A stretch of 64,000 bases of DNA from Strigamia acuminata (taxonomy: Eukaryota), in NCBI GenBank assembly GCA_949358305.1, contig OX442314.1:6634001-6698000 (forward strand), written 5' to 3'. Below are positions 28,281 through 41,943 of this stretch, piece after piece. Under the pieces are notes generated by a model, which worked only from the letters and a program-made list of their open reading frames with translations, made no database searches and had not been told where the DNA came from. Made by a program: the position numbers and the translations under genes. Position 1 is the stretch's first letter; each line of letters begins with the position of its first letter.

Positions 28281-28910
28281 TGTCGTGATTCGACTTAGTG
28301 GTTAAAGATAATAATAATAACACTCGGGAATACAATACAAGTTATAATACTGCTTTATTAAACACGCTTACTAATACAGTATAGGTTAAGATGATTCCAA
28401 TGATGGTCCTCGGATTCGGCTGCGAATACGAGTCGCCGCTAAACAATGGCGGATCCAATTGTTTAGGCCTACGCGTGGTCTGTGTTGTTGTCTAGGGTTA
28501 TTTCCACGTGTTATAATAAACACGCGAGAATTCGCTTTCTCGTGCGAATTGAACGAATATCGTTTGGATATTTATTCTAGCTTAGATTGGCTACGCTAAA
28601 TAAATGTGGCTGTTGTACAGTTAGAATGGTCAGCGGGCACCGGTCCTCGATCAATCCGTGAAACGGCCTGAAAGGTGAGGTAAATGGTGCTCTTGCTGAG
28701 ATAGGTGAAACTGTAGTGACGTTTCCGGTCCGGTTCGGCAATATATATTGACCGGAAGTGACGTCATATGCAAATCATCGTGATTATGCAGGCTCGCAGA
28801 AACAAGGGACTAGTCAGTCTAGTCAGTGTTTCTGGCGCACTCTGGTGTCAAGAATAAATACTAATATAATTACTACTAATTATATCTTCTGGTGATGCCG
28901 AATCACCACA
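28281..28910. mobile_element. Solo LTR (630 bp)
   Basis: Termini TGTCGTGATTCG...CGAATCACCACA and perfect 4-bp TSD AACA. Confidence 0.75.
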
Positions 28911-31185
28911 AACATTTGATAAACTGAACCTAATTTTTGCTCATCTACATAGAGCAAAGCTACAGTCAATTACGGGGCGCATTCATACGCCTCAAGTTCA
29001 CCAACTATACTCTGGCCAACTGTAACTTGAGCCTATTTCCCATTGGATGAGCCTCATTACTCCTAACTGTGGTCTGTGTGCTACCACCAGAAAAATAGTT
29101 CAGTTTGGTTTTAAATTTGTTTTATTATTTTGATCATTGAAATGATGTAATATTTTTCGTATTTTATCAGAAAATGTATCTCCAAGTCATAAAGTAAAGA
29201 ATATGCTAGTTTATTTCAACATTCATGTTCATTAAGTTGATTGCTTGCTTTTTTCAGAAAGCAAACAATTATCTATTTTTTTTATCGGTTGTTTTGTCTG
29301 GATGCATTCAAAATGCAATTCTTGTGTTTTGATTCTTTTTTTTAGTATCACTACACTAGTGAAAAGGCTCAGCCAATGGGAAATAGGCCCAACCTACAGT
29401 TGGCCAGAGTATAACTATAATGTTGCAAGTGCTAAAGGACCGAATGAAGTTTTTGTGCATTCAAATACTACTAGTATGTCTATGTCACAAAACTGTTGGT
29501 TTATACGCAAATAAACAGACGTTTGAAAGCAATAAAACGAACATGTCGGCATTTATTCCAACTCTAACGACAACACATTGTAAACTACAACACTGGTTGC
29601 ACTACATTCTTGTGCAATCAGTTCTCGGCAATAATACATTAATCAATAAACTCAACACTCTAATTGCTTTGTGGTAAAAACACATCCACAAATCCCCTTC
29701 TTTTTACACAAAGAAAAATAGCATTTAACAAACAGTAAAAACAATTCAAGAATCGAACTTAATTAAACTCTTTCTTCTCTTCAACTTCAGTATAAACTCA
29801 TCCCTCGTATACACTTGAGTAAATTCGGCCCGCTGAGTGGTTTTGTTAGTGCGTCCGCAATCATCTCTGTCCCGGGGATGTGCTCAACTCGTACATGGTC
29901 TGTCTCCACTCTCGCCTTAATGAAGTGGAACTTGCGGTTCAAGTACTTGCTTCGCACGCGCTGAATTCTGTCTTGTAACATCTGTACCGCCGCTTGATTA
30001 TCGTTGTAGAGTTTAACCTCTTCGTTAAATGTCGCGCCCTAGTCATTCAAAACGGATTTCGTCCACGTTAAGTCTCGTATCGCATCCGAAATGCCATCGA
30101 GTTCGCTCTCACATGACGATTCAGCCACGTCGCCTTGTTTTCGGCATTTCCAATTGATTAGCGAATCGCCATCCTTGACCACGTATCCCGTAAACGTTCG
30201 TGCATCTGCCGTCGATTCCCAGCTGGAATCATACATCACGCTGCCTATGATTTCTTGATATAGAGTAGCGTCCACCGCCGGGCTGTCTGCAAACTCTTCC
30301 AGTTTCAGCCCCAGTTCGCATGGTGTGGCATTTGCGTTGCATTTGTCCAAACCAAAACGTCGTAGTATTTTTTCGGCGTATTTGTGCTGGAAAAGTCTGA
30401 TCTCGTTTTTGTCTCGTTCTACCTCTAATCCCAGAATGTATCTTAGTTCTCCCATGTGTACTAATTCGACAAATTTTCCCAATTGCGCCATTTTCTCGTC
30501 TCGAAACTCTGCGCTAGAACTGGCTGTGACAAGGTCGTCGACATAAACTCCCATCATTACTACGCCTTGCTCACTCCTGCATATGTATAGACCAGGATCG
30601 TCCGGTGAGCGCTTAAATTCGCACTTCGTCAATACCTCGTGCAACTTCTCGTTCCAGCAGCGCCCTGACTGCTTAAAACCGTACAAGCTTTTCTCTAGTC
30701 TGCACACGCAATTGCTCCCTTCAGCCTCGAAACCCTTTGGTTGCTCCATGTAAATCTTCTCCTTCAGTTTTCCATGTAGATATGCAGTCTTAACATCATG
30801 TTGATCCAGGAGTAAGTCTTCTTTGGCTGCTATGTCCAACAGTGTCCTTAACGATTCTATTCTGACCACTGGAGAAAATGTTTGGTTGTAGTCCATTCGC
30901 GGTCGCTGCCCGCATCCGACCGCTACGAGTCGGGCTTTGTAACGAGTTATCGAGCCGTCCGCATTAAACTTTATGCGAAAAACCCACTTGGATTTGACCG
31001 GCTTTGCATCGCTAGGTCGTGGCTCTATTTTCCAAACTTTATGTTGGTGCATAGAATCGATTTCCTCCTGCATGGCCTTTCGCCATTCGCTAGCATCATC
31101 CGACGCCACAGCTTCTTCATAACTATTCGGTGTGAATAATATTTCTGCCATTAGTGCCTGCTTCCTGGTCATTCTTGTTGAGCGT

Positions 31186-31302
31186 CGCGCTCCTCGCTGT
31201 CGCGCTCCTCGCTGTCGCGCTCCTCGCTGTCGCGCTCCTCGCTGTCGCGCTCCTCGCTGTCGCGCTCCTCGCTGTCGCGCTCCTCGCTGTCGCGCTCCTC
31301 GC
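31186..31302 (-). repeat. In-frame 15-bp tandem repeat encoding (RGARQ)7-RGAR
   Basis: Seven perfect CGCGCTCCTCGCTGT units plus a partial unit, located between integrase and RT. Confidence 0.95.
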
Positions 31303-31838
31303 AGTGCCTGCTCTCTAATTCTTGTTGAGTGTCGCACCCCTCGCTGTTGCAAATTCGCCTCTATTCCGTCTACGCGAGCTTGGTTGTTTGCTGCCAGAAC
31401 TTCCTTGGTGGTGCCTGGCCTCCGTCCTCCCCTCCGAGCAGGCAACTGTTCCGGTACTAGAGCCACAATAGATGGGTCCGGTTCGTCCATGTCTACATCT
31501 AAATCTATCGGTTCTTCGGATTCATCCGTCCGGTCAAGGTAAGTATCTCCCAGTCGTGACTCTTCAAAAACTACATCACACGATTCTGTGATTTTCCCTG
31601 TGTCTCGCATAAATACTCTATAAGCTTTAAGTTTAGTCGAGTAACCCACTAGTATGCCTTCTCTGGTTTTGTTTTTCAACTTGTTTTGTTGAAATTTTGG
31701 CTCTAACACGTGAGCCACGCATCCAAAGCGTCTTAAGTACTGTAGCTGACGTTGGGTATTCTCCCCTTCCAACGTTCGTAAGGCGTCTTGCCGTGTGTAC
31801 TCGTTTTGCATCTGTTGCGTAAATGAGCAGCTGTCAAT

Positions 31839-32246
31839 AAGGCTTTTTACTTACCGTTGGGTGGCGCCACTACGCGCATGCGCGTAGCGCAAATGAGGGG
31901 CAAAAACCAAAACAAGACAATAGAAACAGATCAAAATTCTATTTATTAATTTATTTTTTCAACATTTAAAAAAAAAATTTTTCCAGTTACTTCGGAAAAC
32001 CCATGTTGCATTCATTTTAATTTCAAATTTAATTTTTTTTTTTTTTGATTTTTTTTTTTTTTTTTAATAATTGAAATTAACATCGGTTTTCCGAAGTAAC
32101 TGGAAAATTTTTTTTTAAAATGTTGAAAAAATAAATTAATAAACAGATTTTTAGTCGTGTTGCTGTGGTGTTGTTGTGGTTTTTGCCCTACATTCGCGCT
32201 ACGCGCATGCGCTTGGAGCGCCGCCCAACGATAAATAAAAAGCCTT
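31839..32246. mobile_element. Near-palindromic MITE inserted in the copia integrase
   Basis: AAGGCTTTTTA...TAAAAAGCCTT with long imperfect TIRs. Removing it plus one AT restores the reading FWGEAILTAAHLRNR. Confidence 0.85.
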
Positions 32247-35200
32247 ATATGGCTTCGCCCCAGAACTTCTGTGGCAACTTCGAGTCCACTAATAAAGTTC
32301 GCATCGCTTCTGTCACAGTTCTATTCATTCGTTCTGCAACCGCGTTGCTTTCAGGTGAGTATGAGGTGGTCAATTCGTGTAGAATCCCTTTCTGAGTGAA
32401 GTATTGTCCCAAACTGTCGTTCAAAAACTCCCCGCCATTGTCCGACCGTATGCGTTTCACGAGTCGTCCCATCTGCAGTTCAATATGCGTCAAGAAGTCT
32501 TTAATCGCGGTCCCAGCCTCACTTTTAGTACTCAATACCCTCAAAAATACCATTCTGCTACAGTCATCAACCATAGTCAGTACATAACGTGCTCCCCCTA
32601 ATGTGGGTACGGGCATCGGCCCCATCAAATCAACATGAATCAACTCCATTATTTCTTGGGATTGTTGATATATAACGGCACGTCGTGGAACCCTTGTCAT
32701 TTTTCCTTTCGCGCATTCCAGACAAGTCTCATCTGGCAAATTGTCATCCCACTTCAAGCCTTTTACTAAATTTTGGCTTTTCATGTCTTCCAGATTTTTG
32801 AAATTTGGATGCCCCAATCTTTGATGCCATAAAGTTCGTGTCGCGCATTGTGTCACGCACGCTTCCTCGTTATCACGCTGCATATGAGCGTTTTCGTCGC
32901 TGAGTGTCCCAACCATGTCAAACATGAACTTGTCGTCCACACGTTGTGCCCTCATCACGTGATTCCCATCTTTATCTTGCACGTTGGCGCACTGCCACGT
33001 AAATGTCACAGTCAACCCTGCATCGACCATCTTGGGAACAGATAGTAAATTTGTCTGTAGTGTCGGGATATATAGAACATTGTTCAAACGTAACGTGTTC
33101 CCCGAAACATCTTCCGTGACGCGCATTTGCCCCCGTCCTGGTGACTTCGCTTCCGCCTTACCACTTGCCAAACCGACATCTTGTGGATATTGTTCAAAAG
33201 ATTCAAAATCTTCCTTGTGTGAAACCATATGGCTTGTTGCCCCTGAATCCAAAAGCTAACTTTCACATTCATCCTTCGTCGCCTCCTCGTTCCACCGCTC
33301 AACATCTCGACTAATTGGCAAAACTATTGCCCCACACGAGTATTCTCGTGGTTTGGTTGTCGGTCGTACTTCGCTTCGTGCTGAAGACTCAGCTGTTCTA
33401 TTTCCGCCGCGTCCTTTGTTCGGTGTTCTCGTATTTGTCCCAATTCCGCGTGAATGCGCGCTTCCCCTCGTTGCATCATTCGTTTTACTCTTGGACCAGC
33501 AGTCCCGGGCGTAATGCCCAATCTTGTGGCAATTATAACATTCTACATTGCATTTCCCCTTTGGTCGTTCCCATTTCCATCGTGACTTTTTTTCTTTACA
33601 CGCTGTCTTTCCTCTTTAAATCTCAATGCGGTTCGAGCTTCACCCAAAGCCAGGTCATTGCTTTGTCCCTCAAAAATTCGCACATTGTGCTCAAACTCAA
33701 CTCGCAGTCCTCGTGCTACGTAACTTAGCATTTCCTGATTGCTAAATATTTTCCCAAGTTCCGCTGCTTTGGTCTTTATTGCCTCCGCACGATTGATGTA
33801 AGTTTCAACCGTTTCTTTTTCGTTCATCTTCACCTGCGCTAATTCTATGCCGCATTTGACCACTTCAAAATCATTTTTCGGTTCCTTGTGAGTCTCAATC
33901 GTTTCCCACAGCTTTTTGGCGTTCGTTTCCATACTGTATCGCACTCCTTGCTCTCCTGAAAGTGACAGCATCAAGATCCCCATGGCCTCGTCATTTTTTC
34001 GCTCTCAATCCTCCCAAATGGCCCGCATCTGGCCGTAATTCGACTGTCCTAGTCGTTCTTTCTCCGGTTCGTCATTCACGATCACTGTCTTCCATAAGCC
34101 TTTCATCTTTAATACTGCACGCAATCTCATCTTCCACAGGAAATAATTCCTGTCGGTCAGTCTCTCAACCGTCGTTGATGAAGAAGAGACGTTCACGAAC
34201 GATTCCGCCGTCGCCATCTCGTGTCGAAATTCCGTAGCAGACGACAGAAATAAACGGGAATTAATTTCACGGCAAATATTTTCAAAAACTTAGTGACACT
34301 ATAAACTTGCGGTTTTCTGGCCCGTTTTTTTGCTTCAGCAGGTCAATTTGGCTTCAGTAATCAAACCATCCATCTGCTACCACTTGTTGGTTTATACGCA
34401 AATAAACAGACGTTTGAAAAGCAATAAAACGAACATGTCGGCATTTATTCCAACTCTAACGACAACACATTGTAAACTACAACACTGGTTGCACTACATT
34501 CTTGTGCAATCAGTTCTCGGCAATAATACATTAATCAATAAACTCAACACTCTAATTGCTTTGTGGTAAAAACACATCCACAAAAACATGTGTTTTAATA
34601 CATTTATAAGTACGATTTATAAACTTTTAGGGAATTAAATGGGGAACACAAAAGATCACACTGGTGCTGATAGACCAGGAACCATTCCAATAACTTTTAA
34701 AATAATGACTCTTTCTAGTGCATGTCAAACTAACAATTCGTGTTCATTAAATACTAGTACATACAGTATAGACCTTTTTTAAATTTGTGATGCAACAGAT
34801 TTAAAATATTTTATGTGAATAATTTTATTGAAGTAATATTTTATGACCAGGAAAGATCAAACACTTCACATGTGCAAATGATTTTAAGACGAGTTCCATA
34901 AAGATAAATAACTTTAAAATCATTTTTATAATAAATGAAGTAAACTCTATGACAAATGTAACTTTTAAAAACCAATGTCCATTTTATATCTTAAACATAT
35001 GGTAGCCAACCTATTTCCTTTTAAATTTAGCACTAACGTAACATGTGACGTATATGGATAGCTTTTATGTAGCCATATTTTATTGCTTCTTTTGGAAGCA
35101 AATCGACACGATCTTAATCTTATACCAATTATAACTGTTTAAAATACAAATGTAGAGAGACAGTAATGACATTCCCAAACCCAATCCTACAATACTACCG

Positions 35201-37090
35201 ACATCGCTTAACAATTGAGACATTGGATAAGCTTCTTGCTCTTCAATACTCTCCAACAATGTATCAGGGAATTCAATATCTATCATTGTCAAATTACTAC
35301 CTAAAAATTTAATTCCATGGCAAAAATATTTGTAAAAACTATTTTCACATGGTAGTTTACATTTGCATTGTTTCTGATTTGAATCAAAATTCTTTTTAGA
35401 TACATGAAATGAGCGAAAGTAGATTCCTTTGTTGTGTTACAAACTGGCAGATTCGGTCTCCAGAAATAAGGCAATCTGAAACAAACAGTAGAAGCTTAAA
35501 ATTTACATACAACCATGCACATTATTTATTTGCTGAATAAGATAAATGTGTTCATACTGTGTATGTTCTGTATGTTACATACACAATGCAATTAGAATTG
35601 AGATGTGAAAAAAGTGAAATATTTAAACTGACACACCTGCAGGTAATATTTTGAACTAAATTGTTTCTCATGCAAGCTTTTTTACACTTGAAATAAGCAC
35701 TTTTGTCCTTTTCACATGGATTGCGCTTTGTATTTCTTCGAATAGTCTATTTCATAAAAACAAGGTTGTTAAGTGTAAGCATTTATATAATTAGTTTAAT
35801 TTTCTACCTTAAATTCTTTAAGTGTTACCATGTTCAACCAATGATAGTTTACAGCTAACGGTGCCAGAATATTAACTTCTTCTTCCAGATTATTTGGGAA
35901 AAACTAAACACAGTTATAATTCAAAAGTAGGTGAATATGTATGTACAGACTTATCCATAAATCACAAAATGTACAGGTTTGGGCAATAATACAGTAAACC
36001 AAAAGTTTGAATAAAATTTATCTTTATCAACAAAAAATCTCACAGATTGTGTTCACAAATCCGAAGTAAACGTGAGATGATCAATTCACCAAGAAAATAA
36101 ATTGCAAGGCCGCTTGACATGCAAAGACTAATATGACCCCTTCCCCCCCCCCCCAACTTTTTGGCAACTTTTTGGGTGTGAAAAAAGGTTTAAGCTGATT
36201 TGGTACACAAGCTTTGATTGCACTTGCACAGAAATTTTCTGGCAAGCAGAAAGTTATACTTTCTACAGCAGTGACGGTGGACGGAAAAATTCTATTCTTT
36301 CTGGAATAGCAAAATTTATTTCCTATTCATTTTTAATTGCTGGAAATTTTTTTGGGTTGATGTTCGAATGGCGAATGACCCAATAGCGAAAATGTGCAGA
36401 TTTGTCATTCAAGATGAATTTTATTGTTTCCAATGATAAAATTTGACATTTTTGCCATTGACCATTGCATTTGAACATGATGTACGATTATTGCTGTCAT
36501 TAAACATTCTTTCTAATTCATTTAATATGTATAATATTTTATGAAATAAGTAATCAATGCAAAAGTTTACAGAGGGGCTTAGTAGTTACTACGCCGCAAC
36601 GTAGAACTGTAGTCTGTCCAAAAAGTTTACAATGTTCTCCTTTTTTAAAAATGTCACAAATTAGTTTAGCACTGCGTTTTAGTGATTTTGTATTCTGATA
36701 AAACTATTCACACCATTTAATAGTGTGAAGTTTGAGCTTCCTTGAAAAGTAATTTACAGCGTAGTACCAAAATATTTTTATTTATTTACCTTTCTTTTAG
36801 CATTGTTAGGCCTAATATTTGGCTTAATACTGCTAAATAACAACTGGAATTAGAAAATTGTCTGCGCAGAATGGGATGCGCAGTACGAATTTAGTATCAA
36901 GATGCCGGGCGCAACCTGTGGTTAAATTAAGGTTTGCCAACATTTGGAGTTGCACCAGTCGCTATTTCCGTTGCTGGTGCTGGTTTACATTTCCGCCAAA
37001 GAGGAGTGTTCTCTTAGGACGTAGTTCTACGTCAAAAGAGTTTTTATTTAATAACAAATGGTGTTGTAGTACAGTACGGTACCTTTAGAT

Positions 37091-37346
37091 CAGGGGTCGG
37101 CAAGTAATTTTAAGTGGGGTCCGGAAAAATTGAAAATTTTTATCGAGGTCCAGAAAAAGACAACAAAATAAAACAAAAAGAACACAAAAAACATCAAAAA
37201 CACCCAAAAAAAACCAAAAAAACCAAAAAAACACCAAAAAACACCAAAAATACCAAAAAAATATATAATAAAAAATATCTGGCGGTCCAAGTTTCGACCT
37301 TCCGCGGTCCGGATCCGGACCGCGGGCCGCCAGTTGCCGACCGCTG
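37091..37346. mobile_element. hAT-type MITE
   Basis: TIR CAGGGGTCGGCAA...TTGCCGACCGCTG and perfect 8-bp TSD CTTTAGAT. Confidence 0.88.
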
Positions 37347-37562
37347 CTTTAGATGTTGGTCACATAGTTTCGAAGGAAATAGATTATGAAATGTAATAAA
37401 AAGATAAGAGTTTGGGTCTTTTGATTGTTCTGAAAAACATTGGAAAGGTGTGAATAAATTTTCAGATGCATCTGCTAGAAATGATTTTTACTAGATAAAT
37501 TATTCCAATCAAAAAATTAAATTATCACAAAAAAGTGAGTTCTGTGAGAATAACCAAATATT

Positions 37563-37956
37563 AGGTGCATTCAAGTTAAAATTCAAATTTGACTTATCAA
37601 TAATTCATGTAAGTCATTTGACTTAACTCCAGTGGGCGTGTCATCAACATTCTTAATACGTCCAAGTGCCTCCTAGTGACGTATTGGTGGCCGTAATACA
37701 TAATATCCAACACACATGAATAATTAGGCCACTGGAATAAGTTATTCAAGAGGATGCCCCCAGTCAGTCAACCATGAAAAGAGGAACCCAGTAAGAAACT
37801 GGTCGAGGAATGAAGAATTGAATTTGCTCATTACCTATCTGAACAGCCAAAGGCATGATTAGTAATTGCTGACATTTTAAGCACAAATTCATGTTTGAAT
37901 TATTAATAATTCAGATTATTATAAGTCAAATTTGGATTTTAACTTTGAATGCACCG
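37563..37956. mobile_element. MITE, short member of the AGGTGCATTC-TIR family
   Basis: GGTGCATTCAA...TTGAATGCACC termini, similar to 50324-52084. Confidence 0.7.
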
Positions 37957-40900
37957 ATTGTTAAAGTGTGAAATAATAGAAATTAAATTGCTAATTTACT
38001 TATGTTTATCCGTGAACAATTGCCAAAAGGAAGTAGAAGAGGATGCTTTGATATGTTTAGCTCTGTTTTATATCCATACAATTTCTACAAAAATAATGAT
38101 TTTCAATGCCATTTGTTTTTAGGTAATATAAAATACTAGAATACCTCATTCTCAATATCAATGGTGTCATGGACACTGAGTGTTTTCCAAATATCTTCCA
38201 GTGACAATTTGTTGTTGAACAATTGCCAGGGCGATATTTCATTGCAAGTTTTGTTGGTCTGTTTCAGTAAGTGTGATCTGGCTTCGTCCATGGCATCATT
38301 TTGATTTTCACCACAGATCGTGACTGACTGATATTCGATGTAGCAGCGTTGATCTATTCTAACCATTGTTGTTATCAGTTCATCAATGTAGTAGTTGATG
38401 CGAATACGCAACCAATATAAAGTGAATCCCGCAGTCACAAATACTAGCGCAAACTTAAACCTTTTTAAGACTTCATTTGTTATGGTTTGCTCTTTACTTG
38501 CAATGACTTTCTTCTTGCATATCTCGTACAGAGGACGAATCTTATCGACGGATGTATTTCGGTGAATGTTTGTTGCAACATAATATAAATACCCAGTGAG
38601 TTCAGGTAACGAAATTAACGCTAGGCCAAAAAACAGGCCAAGATTGCCACCTAAATCCGACAGAAGAGCAATTGCGTCGTACGTGTATCGTTCTTCATAC
38701 ACGCTAATTTTGTCATTAGAAATTGCTAGAGATACAGATACAGTGTTTTTATCATCTGCTGTGCCTATTTCAGTGAAAGATGTAAAGGTTATTTGATGAC
38801 ATGGACGTCGACAGAGACACACAGTAATGGGATTTGTGGTCTCAATCAACTGCTTTGCAGCACCGTAATGCATGTATATGTCCTTCGAACATTTGCAAAG
38901 TGGTAAATCGATCTTCATGAAAGGAAATCTTTAATAGAAGATTTGTAATCATTATTTTTTTATGTAGAACTACATCTTTCTCTGCACTAAGCGGGCTGCA
39001 ACAATTGGACAGGAATGACACGGGAATGGAAATGCAATTTTTTTTATTTCTTACCTGCATGGTAGCTGCTTAAATTTCTTCAATAGACATCTCCGATAGC
39101 ATTCTCTGTATTCCTCTTGACTAGAGCATTCATTTATTGGTGAATTCAGAAAAATGAACTAAAATGTTTGAGTAAAATAAGGTGATTCGTAGGAATTTTC
39201 GGTCTTTGATAAAATTTTACTTTGTTATAACTCAAATAAACTTTTGTTGTTCCACCGGGATATTGTATTCCCACCCCGAAAATTTTTCCAAAATTGTAGA
39301 AACGAAAACCAACCTAAGGGCAAAGGAAAAAAAAGTAGACAACAACTATTTTTGCAATGTATTAAAATTACACCGTATTTCGATGCAGGGCATGTGTCAT
39401 CATAACTTGTTTCTATTTTAACTGTTACGACTTGTCCAACAAAAGATTCGCTAGATGCCTTAGCTATATATCAATAAATAATAAAGTGCATTGAAGTTGA
39501 TAGTGGTAAATGTTTGCTTATACATACGAAATTGAATTGATGAGCATAGTCCATGATAATTGATCATTTCTGTCAGAACAAATGTTTTGTTTGAATTAGA
39601 ATATCCCTATGCAAAATAAAGAGATTTAAATAATTTTTTTTAACTCATTAAAAGTTATTGATTCCATCTTTTTACTTTTATTTTTACGCTCACAACTTCT
39701 TTCGTCAAATTACTCGCTTCCCAAAGTTCCTCTAGATTGTAAGTTGGGATTGCCATTAGTGCGTTTAACTTGTTACTGCAGGCGGAACGTGAAGGTTTGG
39801 ATTTTGATTAAGTTTTATTCCAAAATCTCGACATTTCTTTTGTATTGCTACTACATATCAACAAAATCGATAGGACGACCTCTTCTGATCTACTCGTTAC
39901 ATCAACAGTCGTAGGATAACTTAAGTAATGCATTACCCTATCGTAAGTCTGATAAGTAAGCATGCATGTGCAAAATGAGAATAAAAGTAGCCAAAAGGTG
40001 TGACGCCTTGTCCAATGTTTTCTACTGTTTATGAAATCATCCAAACCAACTAAGCTGCATCGAAGTTTATTTGCATCATCCTTCAACAATCGATGAATTG
40101 CTGGACGTAGTCACCTCACCAAATTATTATTTTGCATTATATATTATTTAAATCAAAGGTTTTTTCTATAATGACAATTGATGATTATGAACAATTTAAT
40201 TATTGAAAGGAATAAGTGTAGATGTTATGATCTTTTTATCTGCTTTTGGTGGTGTGAAAAGGTACATACCTGCTTGTTATTCGACGTCTCTCAGTGCTGT
40301 GAGTTCAAAATTGACTGTAAATTCTCTTTTCTCATAGATCTTCTATTGATTTGTATAATTCTAATTAAAGTGCCTTTGGTGAGTGAATGAAAACTTAATT
40401 AGATTTTTGAAATGCATTTAATTATTTATAGTAAATGTTATGTTCAGAAAATTCGATAATACACTGCAGTCCACCTTGACACGAATTCTGTATCTTGGAC
40501 AGCCAGCCCATTTCTAGCATGCATAAGCTAATGGGAGTTAAAGAAAAATAAATTATTAATTTTAATTACCTACATGATCAATTTTAAAAATTAAAACTAC
40601 CTCCTCTATCTAGAACCGCCTATTTCTGGCACGGACAAGCTACAGTAATTATACGAAAAAGAAAATGGAGTTTTTAATAAATATACAATCAATTTTTGAA
40701 GTAAAACTTCTTTGGCGCAACAGAGACTCAAAATAGGAAATGACAATAAGTGACGGAAATGATGTAACAGTAAGGGGAAAAGCGAAGCACAATACAAGCA
40801 GTGAAGGGAGAGGAGCAAACCACAGACCAATACAAGATAATTGACTAACACAAAACACAAAACATGTGTTAATTTGTAATAAGTGGAGATGTTTTATGTC

Positions 40901-41943
40901 GTTGTAAGCAGTAAGCACATACTCTTTGTTGTCCCCTTGAAGAGTTGTACCAAGTTATGAGCCTTTACTTACCATTGTCACAGTGGCATAGATAGGGGGC
41001 GGGGGGAGGTGGGCCATTGTAACGTGTCATGCAACAAAACATACAGTTTCACCTCACTATGCAGGACGAGAAATGACATCCCTTCGTCCCACACAGTAGC
41101 GTCATCACAAATAAGACTATTTTGGCACCATCCGTGCTAAGATTCCTGTCTTTATACACTACAAGGTGCTACTCGCAGTTGCTAACCTGCTTTGGCACCA
41201 GATATGATGGCACAACCACCCATGAGTACTCATCAGTCATCCGAGTGGAAATTCCTCATAATACGAAGTCGTAGTAGCGCACATTAACAGTGACAGCTTC
41301 ACCTTCAATTGGTGGACTGTACAGTAGGTGTTTACTTCCTACAACATAAAACATGTCACACAACATTCATCACTGAAGTCACTGCGCACCACTCATTGTT
41401 CAAAGTCTGTGAACCAATCATTGTTTGTAGAATTTTGCGTCAGAGCTGCACATCAGCTCACTTGTCAGTACTCACCAACACAGAATTGTGATTTTGAAGC
41501 AAGGCAGTGAAGCGCAAAGGGCAATCCCTTAATATTGACGAAATTGTCGCAGTTTTCAAATTTTTGACTGAAAATTTGATAACTACTTATAAAAATACAT
41601 AATATTAAGTCCTGTCGTATTTTTCATGTTACAACTCCTTAATGTGCATAGAACAAATATTGCTCACTCGTTTCTGGCGTTTGTGTCAATTGGATGGAAG
41701 ATGTAATCGTATTTCTTTGCAAAATATTATTAATGTTTCTTTTGCAAAACTCTAAAGTATTGATTATTAAAACACCGGAAATATAATTCTTGAATGATTA
41801 ATGTCCAATAAAAAACATCGTAAAATTCACAAACCTGTTTAAACTTTCATTCCAAAGAAAGCAATAGCATTGCCAGTCAGCCGAGCCAAACTATTGTAGC
41901 ACACAAAACTGTTCCGTGTTAGGAGCAAACAAGTTTAGAATTT

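Larger units (their letters stand above)
29494..34582 (-). mobile_element. Ty1/copia LTR retrotransposon with both LTRs, defective
   Basis: LTRs 29494-29690 and 34385-34582 differ by one A. TSD AAAAC, PBS at 34360-34382, PPT at 29691-29700. Gag, zinc knuckle, DSGA protease, integrase (HVDL, RSDNGGEF), RT (YVDD) and RNase H fragments are broken by stops, frameshifts, an RT/RNase H deletion and a MITE. Confidence 0.95.
35080..40137 (-). pseudogene. Tandem two-domain DEG/ENaC paralog C, pseudogene
   Basis: Same exon layout as B and D, including the TM2-linker-TM1' exon (ORF 38136-38918). It has an in-frame TGA near 40110, an in-frame TAA at 39808-39810 and a frameshift near 35392 in the last exon. 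Confidence 0.82.

Noticed and set aside
41018..41633. TGTAAC...GTTACA bounded segment as a solo LTR
   Set aside because: No matching target-site duplication and no second copy in the window.
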